Source: Antedon mediterranea (taxonomy: Eukaryota; Animalia; Echinodermata). From it: a stretch of DNA of 64,000 nt. The notes under the pieces are model-generated. The model was not told where the DNA came from and searched no databases. It saw only the letters and a list, made by a program, of their open reading frames with translations. Below, in pieces: positions 29,401 to 44,400 of this stretch (its first letter is position 1; every line of letters begins with the position of its first letter). Where the stretch lies: the NCBI RefSeq assembly GCF_964355755.1, contig NC_092676.1:14092871-14156870 (forward strand), read 5' to 3'. The translations under genes and the position numbers were made by a program.

Positions 29401-32400
29401 CCATGAATTCAAACTACTTGGTGTATATATCAACAGTAAATTAACATGCCACTCTCATGTAGATTATGTTTGTAGTAAGGCAAGCAAACTTCTTGGTTTT
29501 GTTTCAAGATGTAGTAAAGCAATGTCTTGGATGGCAATGCTAAATCTTTACAAAGCACTAATACTACCTGTTGTGACTTACTGTTGTTGTATGTGGGCAC
29601 CTACTGAAATATCTCATATGTATAGACTTGAAAGGGTTCAGAGAAAGGCCACTAGAATAATTATGTACAGAAAAGAAGGAAATTGGGACACTTCATATTT
29701 ATATAGGTTAAAGACCCTAAATATTTTAAGTATTGAAGATATATTTAAAGTGTATAGACTCACATTAGGTTTTAAAATAATGCATGGCCTCTGTCCATCA
29801 TCCTTTAATGAGTTTGTGAGATCAAGTGAGAGGTGTGAAGGGCGGTTAATACATTGGAAGGCAAAGACCAATACATTTTTAAATTCATCGTTTGTTATTT
29901 TCCCTAGATTATGGGAGCAACTTCCCAATGAAATTAAACAATGTGCTACAATTTCAGACTTTAAAGCCCAACTCATCAAACATTTGATCTCTAAATATTA
30001 AGTTGTAATTGTTTATTGTTTATTCAATGCAGCTTATTTTTAATTGGTGTATCTCATTATAACTTTGTTTTGTTTTATTTTGACTTAATTTGTGCTACTT
30101 AGTTTTGTTATTTTTGTATTTTATAAGTAATGATGGAGTAAGAGCAGTTTTCTGTTTGGGCTCATGCCTATTACTTGCTCCTGGCAAGATGAATTGTAAA
30201 ATGTACTTTATGAACTTTTGCCGAATAAATATTATTATTATTATTATTATTATCGTAGAAGGAGATTTTATTGCGTATTATTGTGTGAGGGTATTTTTCA
30301 GCATCGACATCCATTAGACTGTGTATACCACGGCGATCGGAAAACACCCCTATTTGGGGCAAATTGTTGAACCTCAATTCGTTTTAATCGTCAATAACTA
30401 ATTATCTAACTCAACTTAATTAGTAAACAGGGTCACATTAGGTGGTTAAAATCAGTACCGAACGTATGAAACTTTATTTAGCATCAAGTAAAAATGCTAG
30501 AAGTAATGTGCGATTTACCGAATTTTGCCCTTCCGTAAATATAGATTATTATTTAATCTAATCTATATAACAAGATATGTTTAAGATATGTTTCCGTTAC
30601 ATGTGGAAGGTACAACAACTCAATAATGTACCGTTATATTCAATGATCTAGACGGTAATTCGGCTTAATATCCGCAAAAAAAGAAAACATTTTAGTCCAT
30701 CTCGTCACCACATGGATGCCGATACCTTTTGATCATAATTTTATTTTTTTTTTAAATAAATATTTTGTACCTGAATATCAGTTTCGTGAATAAGAGTTTC
30801 AGACGATTCATTACATGAATGCCTGCTTGTTGCTGAATTAACTTCTTCATAATCTGTCGTGTAGCACGTCCTATTGAATTGAATCAGTGACATGTTCATT
30901 CCATTGTGTTCGTCTTCTTTATCATACTTATGATGGCAAATGGCTGGAAGATACAAGGTAAACGTAATTACTTTAACTTCAACGTTATTAAATCTAACAA
31001 TACAGTATATATTTAATTATTCTTTTGCTGACCGTTTTGTTTACCCTAGAGGGTCCCTGAATAGAGCAGTGGTTCTAATGCATTTACTATTTGTAAAATG
31101 TCCAGAATGGATTAATGTATCAAAATTTGATTATAATTTTTTTAAATAACAGACTTTGGTGGAGGAGTAGCTGATTTGCCTACATAGACATACAGGTGCG
31201 CACGATTTTCCACATTAGTTGTATTAATTTTAGGCTATATATACAAAAAATGCTAATGTTATCAGTACCTTCACATTCGCTTCCACCAACCTCATGTAGT
31301 AGATAACCACGTGGACAAGAACAGTAATAAGAACCAGGAACGTTGACACACGTATCACACGTACTTTGATTCCCATAACACTCGTTTAAATCTAAAATAA
31401 ATTAGTTTGTAATTCGTTATTATAACATCTATAAACTAATTAACCATAGAAACATCTCATAATTTCAATCAATGCGGTATACTATTTTTCAAATACGCTT
31501 CATAACACTGTAATCCCTCTCTAACTGAGTTGTTTTATTCACAATTTATTTTCATTTGCGGTGCAATGCAATTTCTTATTACTGACTAGATCCATTGTTG
31601 ACAATACATTTCAATTATAAATAATTAATATCTAATGTGCCATATTATTAAATTATAGATAAAATGCAATAAACCATAGTTTGATTAACGTGAGCAATAA
31701 TAATTGCCTTTGTAAATCTATTTGTAGAATCGCAATAAAGTGCGAAACCAGTAACTTCTGCACGATAGCAGTCGGTGTTGATAGTATTATCAAATATTAT
31801 TATACAAGATTAATGTAATTTGAATAGCCATCTTGTATTTTTATTGAAGGTTAATCACTAAATTCTTTAGGGGGACAATATAATATATCTTTATTGTCTT
31901 TATTTACCATATAGAATAAAGATATGCTTAAATTACTTAGAACAATGAAATGTTAATTGAAGAATCTGATATATATATTATTATATAAATATTTATTGTG
32001 TGTGTGTGTTACCGCTACGTCGATCTGTTTTTGATACCATGAAATATGAAATAAATTAAAAATAATTATTATTATTATCAACATAATTAACACTAAACTA
32101 TCACTTTAGTTGTCTGTATTGTAGTTTCTACTGTGTTAATAATAATGCATAAGAAATCCATAACGATTAGATATTTAAATATCATGAATAATAAAATAAA
32201 AGAGAAACAGGAAAGAAACATTTATTTAGTCGTGTTTCTTGTCCCTTGTTTTATTTTTCTCCTCATAGTACACTATGAAAAAAAAATGTATGGAAAAAAA
32301 ACACTATCCTACCAAATTGACACAATGTTGCAAATATTAGATTGCCTGTCATACAATCATACGTGATCCATTGTAATCCCAAAAAGCGATCTGCTAAGAC

Positions 32401-35400
32401 ACATATACTGGTAGAGTTAACAATGGGTTCCTCGAGCCAGTTTTCATATACAAGGGGCGTTCTATCGTGCCAAGCCATAGATACAGAAGAATGAGTATCG
32501 ATGATCCCTTCTATTCCAATTCTATAATACCGATATTCCTCAGTTCCAATTCGTTCAAAGTTGATTTTCAAAAAATCTTGTATTTCATAGCCATCGATCT
32601 TCAGCTTGTGACTGTGCTCTGAGAATATCTCACATGCGTCAGGTTCTCGACTGCCAACTGAACCTATACATTGACCCTTATATTCAACCCTTGTTCCTCC
32701 ACATATCTGACCAGTTTCTAGAAAATTAAAATAAGTTCTATTAGACTTCGACGAATTATAGGTGATTTTGTTGATAGAAGATAACTTGCCGACATTTAAA
32801 AAAAAAGCAAAAATACTGTATTCGTCTTTCACTGTCTATTTTGATTTAATTCTAAAAGCAAGCTCACTGTCTAAAAAAACCAGAATCTTGTTAATAATAT
32901 TATTGTTTAATATACATCTGTATCTTTTGTCTTGTTTTGTTTATGTAAATATATTAAAATAATAGACGTTTATTGATTAATACTATTATGTCAATTATTT
33001 TCCGTCCTTGAGTTTGGTATAGGACATACTACTACATTACATAGTTTTCTGGTAAATTGTCATGTTTTGTAGAAGCTTCCGAATAATGTTTTGTCATTTC
33101 AAACTGGCGAACAGTTACTTAAATCTGGTTGAATATTCTTGCCGTATCCTATTGTTCAGTTGAATGTCTTGATTTGTGGTTTTAAGAATGTTTGTGGTTT
33201 GTTTTTAAGATGAACAACGCTGTATGTTTGCTAGTGGTGTAGGCCTAATTAGAAATAAGTAAATATGATAGCAACTTCATTCTCCTTGTTTTAACCTAAC
33301 TGTATGCCTACACCGCTTGAAAATAAATTACATAAAACGAACAATTAAAATTCCCCCAAAAATAACAAAACATAATGCAACACAATATTTCATATCGTAA
33401 AAACCTACCAGGAGCTAACAAAATTAGAAGCCTCTCTTAGTTAGTATATCGGCCTAAACGTGGTCTAGTGGTATCACTGTATTTGGTGAAAAATGGTAAA
33501 AAGGTGCTCAATCTTATGTTTGGCAGGAGCGGTGTGCATGAGGTAGAAACATGAGCAAGAATACAGTTTTGTACTTACCGCCCCGGTATTTATTTGAAAT
33601 GGCGCACGGCAGCATTGCCGCTATACTATAACTGCAGCTGCGCTCTGATCACATGTGCTGCTGTCTCGATATCGCTAATGACCAGAGTGATCTAATTGTG
33701 ACGCAGGAAAATGGCCAAGAATTTCCGAAAGCGGCGTTCGGCAGTTGCAAAGAAATGGACCTAAACAACACATTTTCGAACAAATTTTCCGTTCTAATAC
33801 AGACTAATGGATAGAGGGGAATTAAAAGTATGGCGCTAGTATTAGACAAGCGGTTTGGGAGGAGATAGAGGAACAAATTTTAGCTTAGTGCTATTATATT
33901 ATATATTATCTTTCTCATAAGATTTAACCTTACTTATACTTTACTTATTTACGCCAAGGAGGTATATGTAATCGATCGCGTGTGTTTGTTTGTTTGTCTG
34001 TTTGTTTGTTAGCAGGATTACTCAAAAAGTATTTACAAGATATCTTTACCAAAATAAATATACAGATATGTGGTCAAGGACCATTCCATTAAATTTTGGG
34101 TACCATTTGGGACCATGGTCCAAATTCTGGACCACTTTTTAGTATACTTTTCAGACCTGCTAGAATTTTTCAAAAGCCGGGGAGCAGTCTTAAAGTAACA
34201 AGTAAACCGAAGTTGCATTTTCTCGAGAACTGCTAGTCCAAAAAACTTCATGTTTGTACAAGAGGCAAGAGTTGTGATTTGTAATTTTAAAATATAATTT
34301 GATTTAATGTGCACCTTTTTTATGCGAGTAGTTTAAAACGGAGAAATATTATGTTAGAAAAATTTTACAGTAGGCGAAGGTATGCACTCTCAGAGTGGCT
34401 TTCTAGTTTATAATCTATTTATATTGTACGTGAAGCCGAACCTGTTAAAATTACAGTTCTTCTTTACTTGAAATAATAGGTTAGCCTTGCCGATATAGAA
34501 CTCTCTCATCCTCTGTCTATAAATAGATTATTGTGTGTGGGACGCTTCTGATGGTCGGTTTATTAGGAGAACACTCCGTCCGATTACCCAAAAATCTTGT
34601 CTTTAATAAATTATAATATAAAGATTTTACCTGGCTTAAAAGGAACTAACCCGAGAAACGGACGTTATTTATTTTTTTCAAAAACCTCTCGAAGGAGAAG
34701 CATAAAATACACATATTTAAAATACAAGAATAAAATGTTAAAATGGTTAAAAAGGCAATAAAATTGAAACAATTCGACTTTGATTATACAGATTACCATC
34801 AAAATTATATGTGCAATTATGAGATCCTTAAATTACTTTTGTTGAATAATAGTGAGAATAATAGATCTTTCGTTTACCGTGTAAATTGCAGCCTACAATT
34901 TCAAGTCGTACACATGGTCCATAACCTTCCCACACCTCTGGACTAACTCGAATAGTATTTGTTATAAAAGGACGCTCTAGATTATTTTGAAACGGTGTGT
35001 TGTTATCAGCGTAAGATTTAAATGTCTGAAATAAAACCGAAAAGATTTAATTAGATTTTGTTTAAATAATTTTCATTTTCCATGTTTTTTGGAGATAATA
35101 CATTATTAATAGTAATAAACCTGAAAAAGTTATAATATCCACCTAGGTACTACTATGTTTAGAAAACAATGTGAGATAAAAATGGAAATATGCTTATCCA
35201 ATCAAGCTAATTTCAAGCTATTATTAGTATGTACTTATTGTTTAGTGTGTGTGTATGTATGGAATAAACGAAGAAAATAATTTAAACATGGTTTCCAGAT
35301 TCAGAAACCTAACATTATATAGACGCTCTAAATTAAAGTTTGTGTTACCTTTGTGATAATATTTGGGTTTTTTTCTAAAGGGTTTTACGACTACAGACAA

Positions 35401-38400
35401 TTACTTGTCTCTGTAAAATCCTGTAATGTAAATACATATATTGCTGAATAAATGTGAATTGAATGAATAATAGGAACATTTGATAACAGTTCACATTTAT
35501 ATTTGCTTTTCAGCTTTAGAAGGCCCGGATCCAGTAAGACAGAATAGGATAATCCGCTTTAAAAATATTTTCTAAATATATAAAAAAGTAAATTATTAAT
35601 ACCAGACGGTGAGCTCTCTTCGCTCGCTCCCCCTCTAGGAAGTGTAGACGATGGTTCTCGGAATGATAATGACTCGGGTAAAAAGATTTTAGAAGGACGT
35701 TCTCCTTGTACGTTTTCTGTCGGTTACCATTATTGAAAATGCTTGACATTCGTAAAACTAAACCTACTCTGTTTCACAGTGTCTTAGATGATTAATAACA
35801 TTTTAAAACATAGTGTTTATTGTTTGGTAAGGTAGGGCCCTTATAGGGCGAAGGTGTGAAGGCGGGGTTCATTTGAGGGAGGTGTTTATTCGAGGGATAT
35901 GTTACATTTCTTAGTTTTAATAATATGGTCACATTTATAATCAAATGAAGTGGTAAAAAAGAATAAAAAATGCTTGGTAAATTGTAAATAACAGTGCGAT
36001 GAATTCTACTACAAATAGTATAATTGTGTTTTTATAAATATAAAACAATATTGTGTGTATTATAAATGTGGATGGGCGTTTATTAGATAGTTGGGTTGAG
36101 GTGGGGGATTATTATTCAAAGTGATGTTTTATTGGAGAGGCATTTATTCAAATAAATACCATCGTAATAATTTAACATCTTTTGAAACTAACTTCCGCGA
36201 CAGAGTGGGCCGTTTCGGCACAAGAAAGAAGTCATTTTAGACGACTTGCAACATGGACTGACACCCCGGTCCTAACGGGACACAGACAGCCTACCGTTAT
36301 TCCTGCCAGCTTACTCAATAAAACTCGGCTATCGGGATTTCACTTGACAAAATGTCTTATCATCAAATCTCCCTATGTAATTTTATAATACTATTTCCCA
36401 CAATATATTCCGATGCTTTATGGGTTATATTTAATTTGATCTTTATTAATTTTCAGTATAATTTTTATTTTTTAACTACTGTACCTTCACGTGCGCGGTC
36501 CGTTCTTAAAATAAAAATACAAATAAAATGGCTATAGCCACTATAACGGCCAACTTAGTTCAATCCAGGTTGTTGCAAGATGAACTCGGAAATTGCTTTG
36601 ACCGTGTAGAATTGAAATTGAGTTGAAAATCTACCGTTGAAATTATAATTTTTTGTTAAAAAACTCTTTATAATATCTTCTTAAAGGCCAGGTGCGGGCA
36701 AAAAGTTTCTATTGATCATACATTCCAATAATACAATATTGTGTGTATTATAAATGTGGATGGGTGTTTATTAGATAGTTGGGTTGAGGTGGGGGGATTA
36801 TTATTAAAAGTGATGTTTTATTGGAGAGGCATTTATTCAAATAAATACCATCCTAATAATTTAACATCTTTTGAAACTAACTTCAGCAACAGAGTGGGCC
36901 GTTTCGGCCCAAGAAAGAAGACATTTTAGACGACTTGCAACTTCGGCAGACACCCCGAACGGGACACAGACAGCCTACCGTTATTCCTACCAGCTTACTC
37001 AATAAAACTCGGCTATCGGGATTTCACTTGACAAAATTTCTTATCATCAAATCTCCCTATGTAATTTTATAATACTATTCCCCACAATATATTCCGATGC
37101 TTTATGGGTTATATTTAATTTGATCTTTATTAATTTGCAGTATAATTTTTATCTTTTAACTACTGTACCTTCACGTGCGCGGTCCGTTCCTAAAATAAAA
37201 AAATAAATAAAATGGCTATAGCCACTATAACGGCCAACTTAGTTTAATCCAGGTTGTTGCAAGATGAACTCGGAAATTACTTTGACCGCGTAGAATTGAA
37301 ATTGAGTTGAAAATCTACCGTTGAAATTATAATTTTTTGTTAAAAAACTCTTTATAATATCTTCTTAAAGGCCAGGTGCAGGCAAAAAGTTTCTATTGAT
37401 CATACATTCCAATAATTATCGATCTAGTTTCCCCTATGTTTCATAATTTTTTTGGATTTTATTCTTAATAATAATTTATAATAATAATCGTATTAATGAT
37501 CACTTTTTTTTATCAGTGGGGGGATAGTTCAAATTACACAGTAAAATCTCTATTTTTTTGTACACACATTTTGTAAATAGAGAGGCATTTTAAAAAGCTA
37601 TGAAAAATAAACGGTGTGTTAAAAAATGTTATCAGATGACTAAATATAGGTAATATAACTTGAATTTTACATTTCTGGTATTTTTATTCAACTTCAGTTT
37701 TTTATTTTCGTGCTATAGCAAAAATTATCCACCGTATATCCACTATCTTTTTTCACCTTCTAGGGAGTCACCAGACATGTTATTACATTAGGTTAAACTA
37801 CCTAACTGGTTTTTATGGCAGAGTTATGCCAAATTTTGTATTTGACCATATTAAGGGAAATTCATGTTTTTTCGTCTTGATATGATTTCTGTTATATTTG
37901 ATTTATGTACAATTAACCAGATATTATATTTAAAATTCATGCCTGTACCTGAGCTTGAAAAGAGAAATATGGAACAATATCGTAAAAGTGAAAACTAATG
38001 GTATAAAATTTACATTTCACGGTACATCTGAGATAGATCAGGTAGGTATCCAAGGCAGAGATTTGTACCCGAAGTTTTTCCATTGTGCTCGCCTATGTCA
38101 GAATAAACCATACTTTATATAGATTAGTGTATACAATAGAGTACTTTAATCCAGAATCAATGTATATCATCTAGAAATACATACAATACAACGGGAAATT
38201 GCACTTAAACAATGTATCAAAACAATTAATTGAATATAGCATTTTGTTTGCAGCATATAAAAGCGTTATTTTGCTGAGTCAGTATCTATATAAAAATTAT
38301 GGTTAATTCTGACATAGGCGAGCACAATGGAAAAACTTCGGTATAAATATCTCCGTGAAACGTAGATTTGATAACATTAGTTTTCAGTACTACGCTATTG

Positions 38401-41400
38401 TTCCATTTTTTTTATTTACAACGACAAAATTTAGCGTTACCTATCGAACTTTTTGAATATCACAGGGTTATTTTCACACATTCGTGCTGTTGTTCAACTA
38501 GCTTCCGGGTTCGTCACTTCCTGCAAAATGGCCGTTGGTGGCGAAATACAAATATTTTAGTGGTTCAACTGATCGTGAACTACTGCAATTAATTTGTTTT
38601 AGATATTTAACTAAAAGACATTTACTTTACGTGAACTACAATTTGTTTTAGTAATTTAACTATTATTAAAGCCTTTACTTTTACGTGAACTACAATGTGA
38701 TTTTAGTGGTTTAACTGAATTGTGAACTACAATTTATTTGTTTTAGATATTCAACTAAACAATTATAAAGGTCTTTACTTTACGTGAAATCAGGGGTCCC
38801 AAGTCTACCGCTACTTGCGGTAGTCTACCGCTTTTAGTACCCATCTACCGCGCTACCGCAATCTCGACGTTTTCTACCGCATTTTGATTTTTTTTACCGC
38901 ATTTTCAAATTTCCCTATATTTTTGGCCAAATTGATTTACGGTTACACCCAGGCTCAGCCCAGGTCAACAATAGTCAATAACCAGACAAAAGTGAGGCAG
39001 GATGTTGAAACAATGTCTATTCATGCAGTCTCCATGGTCTATTATTGTATTTTTATTTGTATGCACTGCCTTTGTTAAACCGTAACAATAATATAAACAT
39101 GCACGGTAGGCCTCTAGCCTAGGCCTACTCCTCGATCGATCGATGTCGCTGGTGGGGAATTTCCCAGCGATAAGAAATCGGCGAAATAGCTCGGCCTACA
39201 TTTTAATGTTATATCTTTAATGCCAGTGTAATTACGTATGGATAAAACAATATAAAACTCAATGTTTTTCATCTGAAATAATATGTTAACAAAATGTAGC
39301 AAAAGACGGATTCGAAATAGTTATTTCGATTTTGTTGGGGTTTTAAAATGGTAGCTAGCTAGAGCCTAGAAGTAGAAGCCCTAGGCTAGGCCTAGGCCTG
39401 TGCCTAAAAAAAATGAGTAAATTCTATTGGGCAATACTATCATGTGTAAATATTGTACATTATGTAATTAAGTTAAATTATTTTATAATATACTGAATTT
39501 TAGTTAAAATACAGTATATATTTTTTAATTATTTTTTTGTACTGAGGATGGGTCCATAAAAAAAATAAGAATGTAAAAATACTGATGGATAAACCTATGT
39601 AAAAATTTATGTGTAAATATTGTGTATACTGTATAATGTAACATATTTAGTTAATTAAGAGACGTAAACGACACGCGTGTTGATTTTCGATTCCCCGCGC
39701 GTTGACTTTCGACGCCCCCACGAATTGAATGTGGTTCACGACAAAATCTCCTGCGAATGGACTTTCCCAAGTTGGGACCTCTGGTGAAATACAATTTGTT
39801 TTAGTAATTGAACTAATTATTTATTAACATTCTTACAACCACATCAGAACGTGAATGGCATTTTACAAGTCCCACATAGAATACCCACGTTACCGTATAA
39901 CTTGCCCTACCACAATATACACTAATTTGCTATATTACCATGGAAGCGATATTTTTGGCGTACCTAATTTATGGACCACCATAAAACATCGGTCATGTGC
40001 ATAGGTGTCACCCGGTCTTCAATTTCCAGGGGCGTTGGTCATGTTTTCAAGGGTGCGCTGACAAATATGCCAGCCTAACTACTTATATCCAATAACTTGT
40101 ATTTGCTTCTTCATTTACATTGGGCTCCACCGTCGAGGCGAATTGCCCACTGCAAACCGTACGTAATACACATTTGAACGTTCACACAAATAAATAAAAT
40201 AGTGTTAGCCATTCACCGGCTTCTTCATGAACATTACACTAAAATGCATTATACATAATATTATTTACTAGATGATAGGCCAACATTATTAAATAATCAT
40301 TATTTAATAATGTTGGCCTAATCCTACCTTGATCGCACCATCCAATGTTAAATAATCTTTCCAAATATCTGACTCATACCTGCTAAGGTATTGTAAAGTG
40401 TATAAGTAAAGCCACGACAGATCATGGTCGTCGCCACTACCTTGTGTTATTATACCAGTAACGGTGTGTAACTCAAGCAAATCAACCTTTAAAAAACATT
40501 AACCATTTTTATAATTTACATTTCATAATTTTGTTTGTTTTTATTATGCTAAAGAAAAGATGACATACGGTAATTTGTTTTTCAACATGGTATACAACAT
40601 AACTCAGTAATATAATCAATATTCTACCACCGCATCACTGTGTTATTCGTCTAACTTGTAAACCCCAGTAATGGTTATGACATCTGCATATCAAGCATAA
40701 GGTTCCGGGTCCGAGTCTCGAAAAACAGATTTCCTCATCTTATCGTTTCAAATTAATTAATATATTTTCAGTATGTCACCGGGCGGTTTAGAATGTGTTC
40801 TGTGCCTGTGGTGTTTATACATATAAAAGTATCTCTTCGGAGAATACTGAAAGATGAGGCCGTATCGATTTGATCTCTGGTTTCGCGTGCATACAACTGA
40901 GGGACTAGTTCTGTTCCGCCGTACCATGCCGATAGTGTTAAAGAGTCGCTATCCAATCGAGTTTGAACAATACAATGAAAGTCCCAGTGGTCTAATGGTT
41001 AGGACATCAGCTTAGCAAGCAGAATGTTCCGGGTTTGAATTTCAGTTATGGGCGACTTTTTCTCATTCTCACAGATTTCCTCATATTATCGTTTCAAATT
41101 AATACATTTTCAGTATATCACTTATGGTCTAACTAAATCAATATTCAGAAATTTTCTACGTAGAATTGTTGAAGAGGTATTCATCAATTAGATAGAAACA
41201 AACCTGAAGCCATTGGTTAGTTTCCTGGATTCTAGGTTCCCAGCATGATCTTAGTTGATTTTTTGCACTACCTGTCCATGTTTCAAGATGCAGTCGAGCT
41301 TGAGATGGTGGTAGATATGTATAATAAGATGACGCCGATATCTGTGCATCTGAAATCTCACCAGACTCCAGACCAAGACGTGTATTACAAACTAAATCAT

Positions 41401-44400
41401 GCAGCAAACAAAAACTATTAAATTGTCAGTCAACAAGAATATCAATTTAGACGACTATGAATGGGGTACGGGAAGATATAAGAATAAGTCTGAGCATATT
41501 TGAAAAACCTTGTAGTAATGACTAAAAAGAGCATTTGGCCTAAAACGTGTCAACATTGAGCCGCTGACTGCACCGTTGTGTTTATAATCTGATTATTTTA
41601 AATCTTACCAGAATAAAGGCATCCAATAAGTTCTAGTTTCAGGCATACACCATTGTCCCACGTACTAGGTACAATTCTTATTTGACTGGCATGGATGTCA
41701 GGTTTCAAAATATTCAACTTTATTCTTTTTGGGTCAGTGTTTCCTTCAAAGCTCTAGATATTTATAGACAAAAGGTATCGAATTAACGAGCATAAAATGT
41801 TATTTTGTTACAACAGATACTAGAAATAGTAGATAATACAAGTAGTATTATGTTTCACCAAAGTTTAACATAAATTAAGACATCATTAATCGCGACAATT
41901 ATAAAATCGCCTCACCTTTACTGAACCATTGGATTCAAGATATGGGATCCATGTATCGTCCTTTCTAGGCCTATATTTGATTTGGTAACGCGTCACCCAT
42001 TTGTTAGTGTATTCACAACCTTGTGTTGATATAGCAGTAATAATGTACGTTTCTTCTATAGGCCTACCTAAGTCGATCTAAAATAGAAATTCAGAATGAC
42101 AAAAGCCATAATTTTAGTATAACGTTATACGTCATAATAAATATATTATGATTGATTGTCATAACACATCCATATATACAAAATAATACTATAAGATACA
42201 AATGTATTTTTAGCTTTAGCTAAATATGTTTGACCTACTAGGTATTTGGGTGTTGCTGTTGATATTCAGCTTTTTGGTATGTATTTGAATAGACCTGAGT
42301 ATACGTTGAAATAAACTAGCGAATTTTACTTTATGTAAATCATTAGGAAAGGTAAGGTAATTTAGTCATTACTAAATTGATTATTTTAGACATCACAATT
42401 CCCTGATAACTATTCTGAATTAAAATAAACTCACAGAATATAATTTATTGTGAATAGATAACTTAAATTGTTTATCTATAGCTAGTTTCCGATTTGTTAT
42501 ATAATATATAGTATAATAGTAAATGCAATAAACCTCAATCCATTGATTTTTATTCTTTGATGGTATCCACCCATGTCCAGGTCGTCCATACGGCTTTAGT
42601 CGAGCAGCGGGCCCAGTGTGGTCTGCATCAAGTGTGGTTGATGCAACAATCTGACTATCTTTAATTTGGCCATTTATAAGTCCAAGTGCACTGTTACAAA
42701 CTTATATATATATACATATATTATATATATGTAATAATAATATAATAATAATATAATATAATAATATATATAATAATAATAATATAAAATAGTAAGTTTT
42801 GGAATGCTTTTACTTGTATTTTTTATTTTTATAATGAATTCAATACTAATTCTACCGTTCTAGATGAAACAAACAGCATTAAATCTAAAACCTACCGACA
42901 TCCATACAACCAAGGACTTCTACCCGCAAAGAAATATTATTAAACCATTGAAGCGGATAGATTCGAATACAATTTGCCCAGATTGGTGGTTCAAAAAATA
43001 TTTTTGCATAACAATTGGGTTCACCATTTGCTGTAAAAACCTAGAAGAAACGGAAATGTTAAGCATTTTAATGCATTTACAGGATTTCATTTTAACGTAC
43101 AGGTACGGTATTATAAAACCTTGTGAACTTTTTTCTTTGTCTGAAAAATGTAAAGGTTCGTAAAAAAAAATGAGTATAATTGATATTATTTTTTAGAAGC
43201 AAGGTACTTTATTATCTAGAATAAATAAAGTAGAGTTAATCCCCATTTAGTTTTGGTATTAGTATTAGTTTTGTTTTTCTGTGATTGTGATTGATGGGCG
43301 TGTACAATTAGGCTAGTTTCCATGTGTGCTTTAAACAGGAAAAGTGCTATATCACGTTATCTGTTGTTGTTGTTGTTGTCGTTATTAGTATGTAGATTTT
43401 TTATTTTATTGTAAGAAATATGGTTGTTTACCACAAAAAATGGTACAGGTTGAAAATATGTATACCTGATCCTTTAGGTCTACGTATTCTCCACCAGTCT
43501 TTTCGTATACTTTAAGATTCCACCAATTATTTCCATTGAGACTATAACGAATAGAAAGACTCTCAGTCCAGCTGTACGTATCACCACCACCTTGTATGAG
43601 TACTCCAGTAATTTTCATTCTTTTTCTGAATGATACCTAACCGTAAATTAAAAATTATACATTATTTTCTAAGGTTACAGGTGTTGAAAGGTGTAACTTT
43701 ATTGTCATAATATTATAAATTATATATTCATCATGATAAAATCAATGTACTGTATTACTGTGTGATAATAACTCATCTTTAGGGAATTTTCTAGATAATG
43801 CAAATTAATAAAGATTGAATTGTATGGTCAACGCACAAATTGGAACAGAGAATGTAAGAACTTAATAACATCGACATCGTTTCAGGTACATGCTGCATTC
43901 ATTCATATTAGGTTGTCTTTATAACTACGTTCATGCTGAGTCCGGATTTCTGATTTCCAGGCGATGCGTTCTTGCCTTGTCCTTCGGATGAGGCCTAAAA
44001 CCGTTGATCTCGTGTACATAGTGGACGTCAAAGAACTTGGCACACTATCCCAAATAGTATGAAATCGTCTCCCAGTATGTTAACCTGGTAGGCGCTACTC
44101 TGGGTCCGTAGAGGGCTTAATTTTCTTTTCAGTTAAGCCTGAGGACAGTATAATACTATATCAGTTTAATTATATAGCCGGCCTTGCTAGTGCACAAAAA
44201 ATGGATTGATATACCTAAACACGCAGCAATCATCGATGATTTTAACATGGATGAATTATTTCGATGTGAATAATATTCCTGATTTTATTATGTACTGTAC
44301 AGTAAGTTGATTTAAACAACGTCGCATTTGCTCATTAGAGTAACATTTCGACAACGTTATATTTTGGTTAGCACATTAATCGTTACAGTAGGGAAGAGTA

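Noticed and set aside
27838-29979. Minus-strand ORFs of 124 and 113 aa
   Set aside because: Antisense shadows of the LINE ORF2.
38555-38790. CRISPR-like spaced repeats (also ~1960-2250 and 81-188)
   Set aside because: Degenerate minisatellites or TE subrepeats without unique spacers; eukaryotic context and no cas genes.
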